DNA of 64,000 nucleotides, from contig OX597822.1 of assembly GCA_951406725.2 (NCBI GenBank), positions 116,064,001 through 116,128,000 on the forward strand, given 5' to 3'. The translations under genes were made by a program, and so were the position numbers. Within the stretch, counting starts at the first letter, position 1. Each line of letters starts with the position of its first letter. The DNA comes from Octopus vulgaris (lineage: Eukaryota). Shown here one piece after another: positions 36,606-48,149 of the stretch. Under the pieces are notes generated by a model. It was given only the letters and a program-made list of their open reading frames with translations, had not been told where the DNA came from and did not search any database.

Positions 36606-37591
36606 TATCAATTGCTGTCTTAATAAATAACAGGTGAACTCATGCATGTCATGTTGGTATGTATATTCCAAGCTATAGGTCAAAGTTTTCCCTCAAGCTG
36701 AAACGTTGTATAGGGGCAGAATTGTTTCAAGGAGAAGGTCAGGCTATGGGACTTCTGAATTCACCTTTTTAGCTACAAACGGAACACCAAAGGATATTGT
36801 ATATTCTCAAGTACTGCAACAGATATAGGGAAAAGTTGGATTAGAAATATAATCTTTCAGAGTAATTATCCGTATTTTTTTAAAAAACATGTTTTCCCCA
36901 AGATAAAAAGAAAAAAAGAAAGATTATCCAAGGGAATAAAATTTTAGTTAAAGTTCAAAATTTGTTTCCTTTTTTTTTTCCTGCCCATTTTCATGAAGCT
37001 TAATTTCAACATCCTCCTGAATGACTTAGATGCAACCATTCTGAGTGGTGCAGCAAGCAACTTTCCCAACTGAAGACTGTCAGTTAATCCAAAATATAAT
37101 TAATTCCTGTAACTACATTTATTTTAGCTATTAATAAACCAGGACAAGGTCAAGTACAGCTGCTAGTTTGGAATAAGTTATCTGGTGGTAGAGATTTGAA
37201 AATAAACATTCAAGAAAAAGTATGTCAAAGGCCGGGGATTATATAAATTGATTAATTCCCCAGAATATATGTGTGTGCGTGTGTGGGTGGTAGATTAAGC
37301 ATATATTCCTTGGTTTACAAGACAACATTTTTGTTGTTTTCGATACTTTTTTTATGACTTAGAAAAAGAACAACAGCACTCATGACCCTTTCTGGGACTT
37401 CCATGACTGGAGGAATAAAAGAAACGCTTATCCTCTGATCGAAGATCTAGCCCAAATGTTTGCAATGGTGTGAACTCAGCTAAAGACACCTAAGGACCAA
37501 GTCTTTATGTTAAACTAAAGGATTTAAGTCTACTGCCCAAGAACACAAATGGTTTGCCCAAGGTGCCATGCAGTGGGATTGAACTTAATAC

Positions 37592-37592
<1 letters not shown>

Positions 37593-37622
<30 letters not shown>

Positions 37623-40245
37623 GTTTAAAGTCGGCTTTCCATGCTAGCATGGGTTGGACGGTTCAACTGGGGTCTGGGAAAACGAAGGCTGCACCAGGTC
37701 AGTCAGATCTGGCAGTGTTTCTACAGCTGGATGCCCTTCCTAATGCCAACCACTCCGTGAGTGTAGTGGGTGCTTTTTACGTGCCACCGACACAGGTGCC
37801 AGATGAGGCTGGCGAACGGCCATGCTCGGATGGTGCTTTTTACGTGCCCAGTCAATGCAGCGCTGGCTACGGCCACGTTTGGATGGTTCTCTTACGTGCG
37901 ACTGGCACTGGTATCACAACTACAAATTCCAGTGATGTTGATCAATTTTGATTTTGATTTTGATTTTCACTTGCCTCAACAGGTCTTCACAAGTAGAGTT
38001 ATGTGTCCCAAGAAGGAAGGTATGCACAGGTGAACTGACTACGTCCCAGGTAGAGGCCACAGGTTATGGCTTCACTTGTCCTGCCGGGTCTTCTCATGCA
38101 CAGCATATTTCCAAAGGTCACGGTCTCTGGTCATTTCCTCGGTGAGACCTAAAGAATGAAGGTCGTGCTTCACCACCTCGTCCCAGGTTTTCCTGGGTCT
38201 ACCTCTTCCAAAGGTTCCCTCAACCGCTAGGGTGTGGGACTTTTTCACACAATTATCTTCATCCATTCTTACCACATGTCCATACCAGCGTAGACGTCTC
38301 TCTTGCACACCACATCTGATGCTTCTTAGGTACAACGTTTCTCTCAAGGTACTTACACTCTGTCGTGTATGCGCACTGACATTACACATCCAGTGGAGCA
38401 TACTTGCTTAATTTCTTGCGAGCTTACGCTTATCCTCAGCAGTCACGGTCCATGTTTCACTGCCATGTAGCATGGCTGTTCATACACATGCATCATACAG
38501 TCTGCCTTTTACTCTAAGCGAGAGGCCTTTTGTGTCCAGGCTATTCTTACTCTAGCAGCTACACTTTCAGCACACCCGCCCCCGCTACTGACTTGATCAC
38601 CTAGGTAACGGAATCTATCAACTATTTCTAGTTTTTCTCCCTGGAATATGGCGGAAGATGGTCTCTGTGCATTTTCAGTGTTTATTGCACCAGAGCATCT
38701 GCCACATACAAAAACTATCTTCCTAGTTAGCCTTCCTTTGACATTGCTGCACCTCTTATGTGTCCATAGCTTACACTTGGTGCATCTTATAGAGTTCCTA
38801 CCTACGCCTTTGTGATTTGTCTACCTTCCTACTTATTAGGACTTTGGTTTTAGCTAGGTTGACTCTAAGGCCCTTCGATTCTAATCCTTGCTTCCATGTC
38901 TGAAACTTCTCCTCCAGTTCTGATAGTGACTCAGCAATTAGAGCAAGGTCATCAACATAGAGGAGCTCCCAGGGGCATCCTGTCTTGAATTCCTCCATTA
39001 TTGCTTGGAGGACTATGATAAATAGGAGGGGGCTGAGGACTGAGACTTGGTAAACCCCATCCTCTACTTGGAATTCTTCACTGTACTCGTTGCCAACCCT
39101 CACCTTACAAACAGCGTCCCTGTACATGGCTCGCACAGCTCTCACTAACCATTCATCTATCCCTAGTTTCCTCATTGACAACCAGATAAGGGATTGGGCG
39201 ACCCTGTCAAAGGCTTTCTCCAAGTCAACGAAAGCCAGGTACAGAGGTTTATCTTTGGCTAGGTATTTCTCCTGCAGCTGTCTCACCAGAAATATGGCAT
39301 CGGTGGTGCTTTTCCCTGGCCCGAAACTGAACTGCATCTCATCCAGGTTGACTCTCTCCCTAATCAGTTGGGCTATGTCCCTTTCCGTAACCTTCATTAC
39401 CTGATCTAACAGCTTGATACCTCTGTAATTACTTGTATCTAGGGCGTCACCTTTACCTTTGTAGCAGTTGACTATTATGCTACTACACCAGTCATTGGGT
39501 ATGACTCCTTCGTGTATCACCTGGTTAACTATACGGGTGACTAGGCTATAGCCGACACTGCCAGATATTTTGAGCATCTCTGCAGTAATTCCTGATGGGC
39601 CTGGGGCTTTCCCTGTCTTCATGCTTAAAAATTGCCTTAACTACCAAGGAACTGTCAACTCGGATAGCTGACTCTCTTTATCCCATTCATTTTCTTTGTT
39701 GAGCAACCTTTCATAGTGGCATCTCCAAACCTCTCTCTTTGCATCCTCATTTAGCGCAAGTGAACCATCATCCATGCGAACACATTTCTCTCCTACCACA
39801 TCACGATTCTCTCTCACACACTGTCTTGCAGCACGAAATACTTCAAGTCTTTGGTCCTCACGGCACAGAACATTGGCAAATTTTTTCTTATCTGCTTCCC
39901 CTCTGGCTAAATATACCTGTCTCCTAGCTTCTCTTTTCACAGTCTGATACAAAACCCTGCTACCGCCATTCTTCCAGTCCTTCCAAGCCTGTCTCTTGTT
40001 TCTAATAGCCCTGTCTGCAACATTGTTCCACCACCACGTTACCCTAGGACAAGATGGGACTTTGCTCCATCCACAGATCTGGTCAGTGTCTCTCAGCAGA
40101 TTGTCCTGTAGAAACCTCCAGTTGTCTTCCACATTATGTGAAGCTATATCCCCTTCTATTTCGTCGAAAGCTTCGAGTAGGACGTCTCTAAATCTCCGTC
40201 CATTTGCAGGACCTTTAAGTTTCCAGACCCTTCTCCTCCGGTCTG
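37593..40245 (-). mobile_element. RTE-clade LINE copy 2 (same family as copy 1), 5'-truncated, more decayed
   Basis: (CAT)n tail at 37593-37622, 3' UTR, and ORFs 38072-38401, 38798-39622 and 39641-40276 with near-identical peptides; YADD changed to YVDD, with deletions and stops. Confidence 0.95.
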
Positions 40246-40247
40246 TT

Positions 40248-40414
40248 AAGTTGATTACAGCAACTCCAGCACTCAACTGGTAATTATTTTATTGATCCTG
40301 AAAGGATGAAAGGCAAAGTTGACCTCAGTGGAATTTGAACTCAGAACATAAAGACGAACCAAATGCTGCTAAGTATTTTGCCTGGTGTGCTAACGATTCT
40401 GCCAGCTTGCTGCC
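40248..40414 (-). mobile_element. SINE family B
   Basis: aaggatgaaaggcaaagttgacctcagtggaatttgaactc...ctaacgattctgccagc. Confidence 0.85.
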
Positions 40415-41200
40415 TTTCCAACCAGCAAGTATTAAGGGCAACATTTTCACACAACTGTTTTTATAATTGTACAAAAGTTGTAAAACCTAATTAATTTTCG
40501 ATTCTTCTTAATGGTTGGATGCAGGTATTAATAGATATTTTATTTCACCAACTGCCTTTAATCCAGCCTAAATTTTAAATCTTCTCCATAGCAGCTTCAC
40601 TTTGAACCACATTTCAAAACTAGTGGGGCCCACGAATATTTCACAGAATTAAGGGTAAACTTATAGGGTCATTTCTGAAACTTTATCCAAAAAAACCTGA
40701 AAGCACAGCTTGTGTTGTGTCCGTATCAAAAGATAATTGCTCAACTGCTAATCATTGAAAAGTGAAGGTAATTGGAGTACGATGATTACATACTTTATGC
40801 ACTGTTTTATAGACTTAATACACAGCACTCTCCCTCTTCACCTTACTCTCCTTTTCCTTTCGCTCTTCACCTTTCCCTTCAACTTATCACATGAAAGCAT
40901 TACCAACGGGCTAAGTAACAGAGGAAAAAAACTTAGTTAAAAAAAAATTACACATTTCTCTCCCCTATCCCTTAACCGCTCCCCATCTCTCTCCTCCCCT
41001 ATTCCCTGACCCCATCCCTCCTTCTCCCTGCTCCTTCAACTAATCATGTGGAAGCATTACAGACAGGTTAAATAATGAAGGAACAAACAAATTATTATAA
41101 GGTATCTATTTTATAAAAGAAAGAAACAGAATCGGTTTTAAAAGATTTCCACAGGGAAAACTAAACCGAGAATACGGTTCCTAAGCAATATACTGCTTAC

Positions 41201-41238
41201 TGCGAACCTTTTCAATCTATCAGGAAGAAAAGAAATAC
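41201..41238 (-). other. Candidate 38-nt exon of a minus-strand host transcript
   Basis: Branch CACTAAT, pyrimidine tract, ttgCAG acceptor and GCA|GTAAGC donor; one open phase (GISFLPDRLKRFA); unique sequence. No homology recognised. Confidence 0.35.
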
Positions 41239-41619
41239 CTGCAATTTTGGGTGGGGAAAAGTGATTAGTGCAAGATTTGGAAGTGAAATATAGTAGTCTC
41301 TCGTAGTGACATGTGCATCAGATAGACATGAATAGAAGTGGCATAGGGCTTGCTAGTTCAAAGGAACTGAAGCCATTGCAATAATGGTAGAAAGAAGAAA
41401 CAACACACCTGTCAGCTAGTAATTACAGGTTGCTATGTAATTCTTGTTTGTGTGTGTGTGTGCACAGGAACAGTGCCATCTCATATATGAGAGGAGAATA
41501 ACACTTGAGCTTTGTAGAGGGTCACTAACTTGGTCTAGAGAGAAAGAGTAATTCTTAGGGATGCAGTTTGGGCAGTTATAATTTCCATTGTAGACCAGAA
41601 ATTATCCAGTCTAGCATTA

Positions 41620-42818
41620 AGATAAACAAAGTTCTTTTTTAATCTAAAATATACTTTTCTTCATTTTCTCCAATGTTCTTCCATCTCTCTGGTAGACTTG
41701 CAAGGCCCCTCTTCCAAAATTCACTTGTCTGTGACGAAAAATTACTCCTCCAATACTGTTCTGACCTCGACTACAGAATTCATATTTTTTCCATCCTTAT
41801 GATTTTGAAGACTGTGGAATAATGATAATCAGATGGGGCAATGTCCAGCGAATATGATGGGTGGGGCATCGTTTGCCATTCAAACTGTTCCAGCCTTTCG
41901 AATGACATCCTTACTTTATGTGGTCGAGCATTATCTTGATGGAAGAACCAAAGATGGTCATTTTACTTCTAGAGCTGACTTCAGCCATTCAAGCTGCTCG
42001 CAATAGATCTCCTTTGTTATTGTTTGGTTTGGGTTGAAAAGTTCAAAGTTGATTAAACCTTTCGTATCCCACCAAATAGATAACAACACCTTATCTGAGT
42101 GAAAACCTTCTTTAGCCTGGGGTGCCTGTGTTTCTCCTTTCCCTACCCCGCTGTCTTTGGCACTTGACATTTTTATAGAGGTCCCATTTTCTCATCACCA
42201 GTCATTATTCGGTCGAAAAACAGTTCATTCATGAGACGTGACAGCAAAGAAGAGCACACATTCACTCTCTGCATGCGATTAGATTCAGAATGTTGTGAGG
42301 AACCCATTGACCCAATTTGCCGATTCTCCTGATGGCATGCAGAGGTCGATGAATGGTTGAATGACCAAATCCAAGCTTCTCTGCTAGTTCCTCAACAATT
42401 ACAATAGGTTTTGTTCCACCAGAGTTTGTAGGATGTCCTTGTCGAGCTTTACAGATCTTCCAGGACAAGGTTTGTCTTCTAGGCTGTAGTTTCCGGCTCA
42501 GAATTTCTGGGACCACCTTATACGCTTATTGTCCAATCCCCACATACTGCATTCATATTCCTCGCACTTTCCGTTGCATTGTTGCTTTTATTGAACTCCT
42601 AAGGCAAGACATGCTGTATAGGCTCCTTTGTCACTTCCATTACAGCGTTGAGAAAATAACTGATAAAACTGAACTCTTCAAAACTTGCACTAAGAATAAG
42701 AGCAAGGTAAAATTACTACCTGCTTTTATAGTTGATGCAGGCAGTTTATCCCATCCCCCTCCGACTTTTAGTTCATGCAACTGAAAAAAACCCATATTAT
42801 TTATGGGATGACCCAGTA
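41620..42818 (-). mobile_element. mariner (DD34D-type) element with decayed transposase (41639-42640); one TIR retained
   Basis: MEVTKEPIQHVL, GQWVPH, KVLLSIWWD.KG, HQDNARPH and HPSYSLDIAPSDY motifs; TIR-like end tattatttatgggatgacccagta+TA at ~42795-42820; opposite TIR not found. Confidence 0.9.
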
Positions 42819-43310
42819 TAGATGCAGCAGGAATTATTATGATGCAGATTGGTTTCCTTGTGCCGTGGTTTCATGGCTTCCTATCATGGAAGCTATGAAA
42901 GTTTGGCATTTAATGTATATCTTACATGTAAGCAAACGGTTAAGGAAAAGTGGAAAAGGATAAAAATCTACTGTGTGGAATATGTATATTTAGAAAGAAA
43001 TAGGTATATTCCAAACTTAATTGGGAATCTCATTGATGTAGAATAAATAAATAATACAAAGCTAATTACCCTAATTGATGTGTGTGTGTGTGTGTGTGTG
43101 AGTACATATTATAATACCTGGAATGGTTGTTTTTTTTGGGGTGGGGGTGTTCTTTTGTCAATTAAACCCACACTAATTGATCTTCCTGTTAGCTTTTATT
43201 TGTATTATTTTTAGTTTGTCTCTCAAAGTTGATTTGTCACACATTTTGTGACCTCGTAAGTAACTCTCTGTCCCATCTCTCCTCCTGTCCTGCTTATTCC
43301 ATTTTATATA

Positions 43311-44941
43311 TAGTTGTGGCCAAAATGTTCAGAACGGCATTGTTTTCGTCAGAAAAGTAGGTATAAGTTTTTATCAAAGTTGTATTATATTCTATAAATT
43401 TCACAGATAATAAATACAATATTAATTGTTATTGTCTGAGATTTTAGTGTAATTTGAGAGGATAATACAAAACTTATGGATGATTTAGTGATTTACTGCA
43501 AAACCCATGGCAGCCAAAATTATCAGAATGGTTGAAAAGATAACAAAATAATCAAAAATGACAGAGAATACTGGAATTATTTAATATTTAGTGTGAAGCC
43601 CTTTAGCTTCAATCACACTTTGACATCTTCGACTGCATGAGGAAATTAAATTTTCAATTTCTTGCTGGGTGATCTTATTCCATTCTTCCTAGAGGGCATT
43701 CCATAATTGCTCGGTTGTTTTAGGATTTCTGGCTTTCGAACGTTCTCCTAAAATATTCCACACATTTTCAATAGGATTGAGATCTGGGCTTTGAGCAGGC
43801 CAATCCATAACAATAACCTTTTCAGCCTTGAGGAAGTTCATGACCACTTTAGCCTTGTGACATGGGGCATTGTCCTGCATGAATATGGGTGGCTGCTTAG
43901 TTGAATTTCTCATCACAGGCCAGACATGATCTTTTACAAGTTGTTTATAAACTCCTGCATTTACCTTTCCATGTAATCGCACCAAAGGGCCCACACTATC
44001 TCCAGATACCATCCCCCAAACCATGACACTTCCTCCACTGAATTTAACACTAGTCTTAAGGCATTTAGGCAACAATTTTTCACCTACTTTTCGACGAACA
44101 TACCTTTTCCCATCTGAGCCAAATAGCATAAACTTAGATTCATCACTGAAATGCACCTGTTTGCCATTTTTCTTGAGACCACAACCCATGTTCGGTTGCA
44201 AAGGTAAGACGACACTTTTTATTCTTAGAACTGATCAGTGGCTTCACTGCAGGTGCTCTTGCTTGTAGGTCATGTTCAACTAAACGATGAGACACAGTTT
44301 TTCAAGATAAAGTTTTCTTCAGTACAATGCTCATTTCTCAAGAAACAGCAGTAGCAGTTTTAAATCTGTCCTTTTTAACCAACTTTACCATAGCATGATC
44401 TTCTCTCTTGGTCGTTTTTCTTGGCCTACCTGTAGACTTTCTTGCTTCGCACGAACCACAATCATCGTAGACCTTAAGAATACCGTGAACAACACTTTTT
44501 GACTTGTTAACAATCTTTGCAATAGACCCAATACTTAAATTATCCTTCTTTCGAAGCTTAATAATCTGCTGATGAATTGGTAACGGAGTAAGTGGCATTA
44601 TATTAACAAAGTACACTGCAAATATTCTTACTAATGTTTAGTAAACGAACCGTCATGTAAACAAATTCAAAACATTAGAGTTCGATGGTTAAATATACTA
44701 AAACACGGAGTAAAAGCAACCGTTCTGATCATTTTGGCCGCCATGGGTTTTGCAGTAAATCATTAAATCATCCATAACTTTTGTATTATCCTCTCAAATT
44801 ACACCAAAATCTCAGACAATAACAACTCATATTCGTATTTATTGTCTGTGAAAATTATAGAATATAAAACAACTTTGATAAAAACTTATACCTACTTTTC
44901 TGATGAAAACAATGCCGTTCTGAACATTTTGGCGGCAACTG
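43311..44941 (-). mobile_element. Full-length Tc1 element (1631 bp) with ~225-bp IR/DR-type TIRs and TA target duplication
   Basis: TIRs 43311-43534 and 44717-44941 are near-identical inverted copies, each with GCCAAAAT(g/t)(t/a)TCAGAA(c/t)GG direct repeats at both ends; flanked by TA. Confidence 0.97.
43581..44598 (-). pseudogene. Tc1 transposase, DD34E, disrupted
   Basis: HTH region and GRPRK, FSDESKF, MQDNAPCH, SPDLNPIENVW with 34 residues between D and E; premature stops (44338, 43689) and indels around 44200-44340. Confidence 0.95.
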
Positions 44942-45350
44942 TATATATATATTTACATCAAACCCATACCAGCATTGAAGGCAAACATTAAATGATGATG
45001 ATGATCATCATCATATCATGACGACGATGATGATGATGATTTACTAAAGCCATTATCATGTGCCAAACGATAAGCAATTCATCTTTTTTTCTAAATTTTA
45101 TTTCAGTTATGGGGAAAGTAAAATTGGATGGCAAATGTGCTTCTGTGTTTTGTAAACAAAATAGTTTCATGATGAAGCAAATTTGAAAGATTAAAAAATA
45201 GAATTCACAAAGAAAACACATATTTCCTTCATTGAAGTCTCACTATTATGTTACTATTGCCCTACGTTTTGTGATAATCTGCCTTCTTTTCACACTTTAC
45301 CATTATACCTACTCTGATTGTCTGAGATCCTTCAGTAATCTTACATATAT

Positions 45351-45614
45351 AGGTGCAAGCGAAGCTGTGTGGTTAGAAGCTTGCTTCCCAACCACATGGT
45401 TCCAGGTTCAGTCCCACTGCATGGCACCTTGGGCAAGTGTCTTCTACTATAGCCTCGGGCTGACCAAAGCCTTGTGAGTGGATTTGGTAGATGGAAACTG
45501 AAAGAAGCCCATTGTGTATGTATGTATATATGTGTGTGTGTCTGTGTGTGCATGTGTGTGTATATATATGTATATATGTATGTGTGTGTATATATATGTA
45601 TACGAGTGTGCGTG

Positions 45615-45645
<31 letters not shown>

Positions 45646-45856
45646 ATATATATTTATGTATGTCTGTGTTTGTCCCCTCACCATCAGTTGACAACCAATG
45701 TTGGTGTGTTTATATCTGCATAACTTGGCAGTTTGGAAAAAGAGACCGACAGAATAAGTAGCAGGCTTACAAAGAATGCTGATTTCTTCAACTAAAACCC
45801 TTTAAGGTGCTGTGCCAACATGGCTGCAGTCAAATGACTGAAACAAGCAAAAGAAT
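45351..45856 (+). mobile_element. SINE family A, full length, with expanded central microsatellite
   Basis: Complete head and tail. Confidence 0.92.
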
Positions 45857-46067
45857 CTTTTCTACTCTAGGCACAAGGTCAAAATTTTAGGGGACGGGGC
45901 CAGTCGGTTAGATCGACCCCAGTACACAACTGGTACTTAATTCACTGACCCTGAAAGGATGAAAGGCAAAGTCAACCTCAGTGGAATTTGAACTCAGAAC
46001 ATAAAGACAAACGAAATACCACTAAACATTTCACCTGGCATGGTAATGTTTCTGCCAGCTCAGCACC
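45857..46067 (-). mobile_element. SINE family B, tail-to-tail with the family A copy
   Basis: gatcgaccccagt...aaggatgaaaggcaaagtcaacctc...ttctgccagctc. Confidence 0.88.
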
Positions 46068-46412
46068 TTTGAAACAAGCAGAAGAAGAAAAGAAGGAAAG
46101 AGTATCAATTATTTCCACATATTATTTTGCATGTTGTTTGTGTTGTTACAGCAAAGATGAAGGTTCTATGGCGAAATCTTTCCCTCATGATACTTTCACA
46201 CTAAAAATAGTAACCTTCAAATTAATTCAATTTATTTTTAAGTAACCCAAAGGTGGTATTGAATTCTATATTAGCAATGTTTGAATTGGTAATGAATAGT
46301 AAATATGAATTAATATTTTTAAACAGATTGTTCTACAGATACAAACTTATCTATACAATGCCATTAAAATATTGTAGACACATCATAATTTTATCACTCT
46401 CTCACAAATTGG

Positions 46413-46460
<48 letters not shown>

Positions 46461-46902
46461 TTGGTTTTTACATCAGTAATTCTAAATTCATATTCAGTGT
46501 TTAATAATAATAATAAGTGCTGCATCCAATCTGAATTGTCCATGTTTCTCTTCCGTTGCACAACCATGAGAGGTAATGAGCTCTCATCAATCACTCCGAT
46601 TCTTTAGAAACACATAGTTTGGTTATTTTTTTACAATCCACAAAACAAACAATTAAATCATTATTACGTCAGGACTGATCAGAAAATACATTTTCGTATA
46701 TTGTATGTAAACAGATTGGAAAATACGAAAGTAAATATATATGTATATATACATATATATTTGAGTAGTTGAATGAATTATCTTGTTATGGATAATTCGG
46801 TTAACCGATACCTGGGTAGCAAATTCACATCAGAGAAGACACGTTTGAAGTTACGTGCTTTCGTGTGGAAATTTGTATGTTTTTTTAAATATAAATATAT
46901 GA

Positions 46903-47129
46903 AAGAATGGAGTTGAACGACGAATTAACAAAATTCCTTTATTTTCGACATATGTTTCGAAGGCTGCATTCTCCTAATTGCGATGGAATAAGGAGTATAT
47001 TATGCCGCTTTCTCATCAGGGAAAACAAGGAACTTATGTTGACATAAGTTCCTTGTTTTTCCTGTGAAAAGTAATTCCATCGTTCAACTCCATTCTTGTC
47101 ATATAAAGGAATTTTGTTAATTCGTCGTT

Positions 47130-47132
<3 letters not shown>
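46903..47132 (-). mobile_element. Penelope-like terminal repeat fragment with rearranged inverted duplication
   Basis: Carries a hammerhead; nested inverted repeats 46903-46920/47080-47097, 46916-46941/47104-47129 and a palindrome centred at ~47040; abuts (TA)n; homologous to 55196-55335. Confidence 0.65.
46934..47032 (-). ncRNA. Type I hammerhead ribozyme (Penelope-type), intact core
   Basis: Minus strand: CCUUGUUUUC-c-CUGAUGA-[stem II GAAAGCGGCAU...AUGCAGCCUUC]-GAAA-CAUAUG-UC-GAAAAUAAAGG; predicted cleavage after GUC, between 46947 and 46946. Confidence 0.8.
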
Positions 47133-47167
<35 letters not shown>

Positions 47168-47179
<12 letters not shown>

Positions 47180-47360
47180 TTAATCCAAACATGAAAACAC
47201 AAAGAGAAAACACAACACGAGGACATGGAACAAGTATAGTGTTATTGGACGCTCAGAAAAGGAAAGAAAGAAGGAGGATTTAACGTTTCAAGCGGAGCTC
47301 TTTGTCAGAAACATAGGAAATGGAAAGATCCAAGGAAGGGAAGACGGAGGAAAAAAATCA

Positions 47361-47363
<3 letters not shown>
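47168..47363 (-). mobile_element. Second Penelope-like terminal fragment with decayed minimal hammerhead (~47278-47311)
   Basis: Minus strand UUU-CUGACAA-AGAGCUCCGCUU-GAAA-CGUUA-AA: one core change consistent with CpG decay of CUGACGA; flanked by (TA)n; start motif agttaatccaaacatgaaaa shared with ~55429. Confidence 0.55.
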
Positions 47364-47401
<38 letters not shown>

Positions 47402-47747
47402 GTGTGTGTGTGTGTATAAATATACATATATATATAAAATAAAATAACATTACATAGCTATATAATATTTCAGTATGGTCATCATTTAGTGTCCTCCTTC
47501 TATTCTTGTTGAATGATTTGATAAGAGCTGACACTCCAGAAGACTGTGCCAAGCTCTGCCGGCTGCCTTGGCCTGGCTTCTATAGCTTCCTAATGCCAAC
47601 CACTTTGCAGAGTGTGTACTGGGTGCTTTTATATGGGACCAGCAGCAGGGAGGTCACCAAGTAATTTAGAGGACAAAACCCCTCAAATGAGGGCAGGGAG
47701 TAAATATTGAGGGAGGTGGCTTTGTACCAGGTGATGGGAGGTTAGAG

Positions 47748-47860
47748 CAGTGGTTCGCAACCAGGATCTATATGGCCCCTCTGGGGCCATATAAGATTTT
47801 TTTTGTCCATGTTACGAAATAGTAAATTGGAGATCCACAATAATTATTCTAATCATAACT
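47748..47860 (+). mobile_element. Possible hAT/Charlie-type MITE end
   Basis: Begins CAGTGGTTCGCAACC with a subterminal palindrome (tatatggcccc...ggggccatata); no matching right end. Confidence 0.4.
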
Positions 47861-47959
47861 CAATCAATTCACGAGAAAAGTGATGTTAGCAACAAGAGCA
47901 ACACTACAAAGAGGGAAGGAAAAGTCTTCCTTTTCTTGCTTGTATGCATTGGTCTCAAA

Positions 47960-48142
47960 TTCTGGTGCAGGGCCAGAAATTTCAGAGGAGCAGGTAAGTC
48001 AATTACATCGACCCCAATGCTCAATTGGGACTTATTTTATCAACCCTGAAATGATGAAAGGCAGATTTGACCTCAGCAGGATTTGAACTAAGAATGTCAA
48101 GACATTAGCCCAGCATGCTAGCGATTCTCTCAGCTCATCACC
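47960..48142 (-). mobile_element. SINE family B (internally deleted)
   Basis: tacatcgacccca...gatgaaaggca...atttgaact...gctagcgattct. Confidence 0.8.
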
Positions 48143-48149
48143 TTATACA

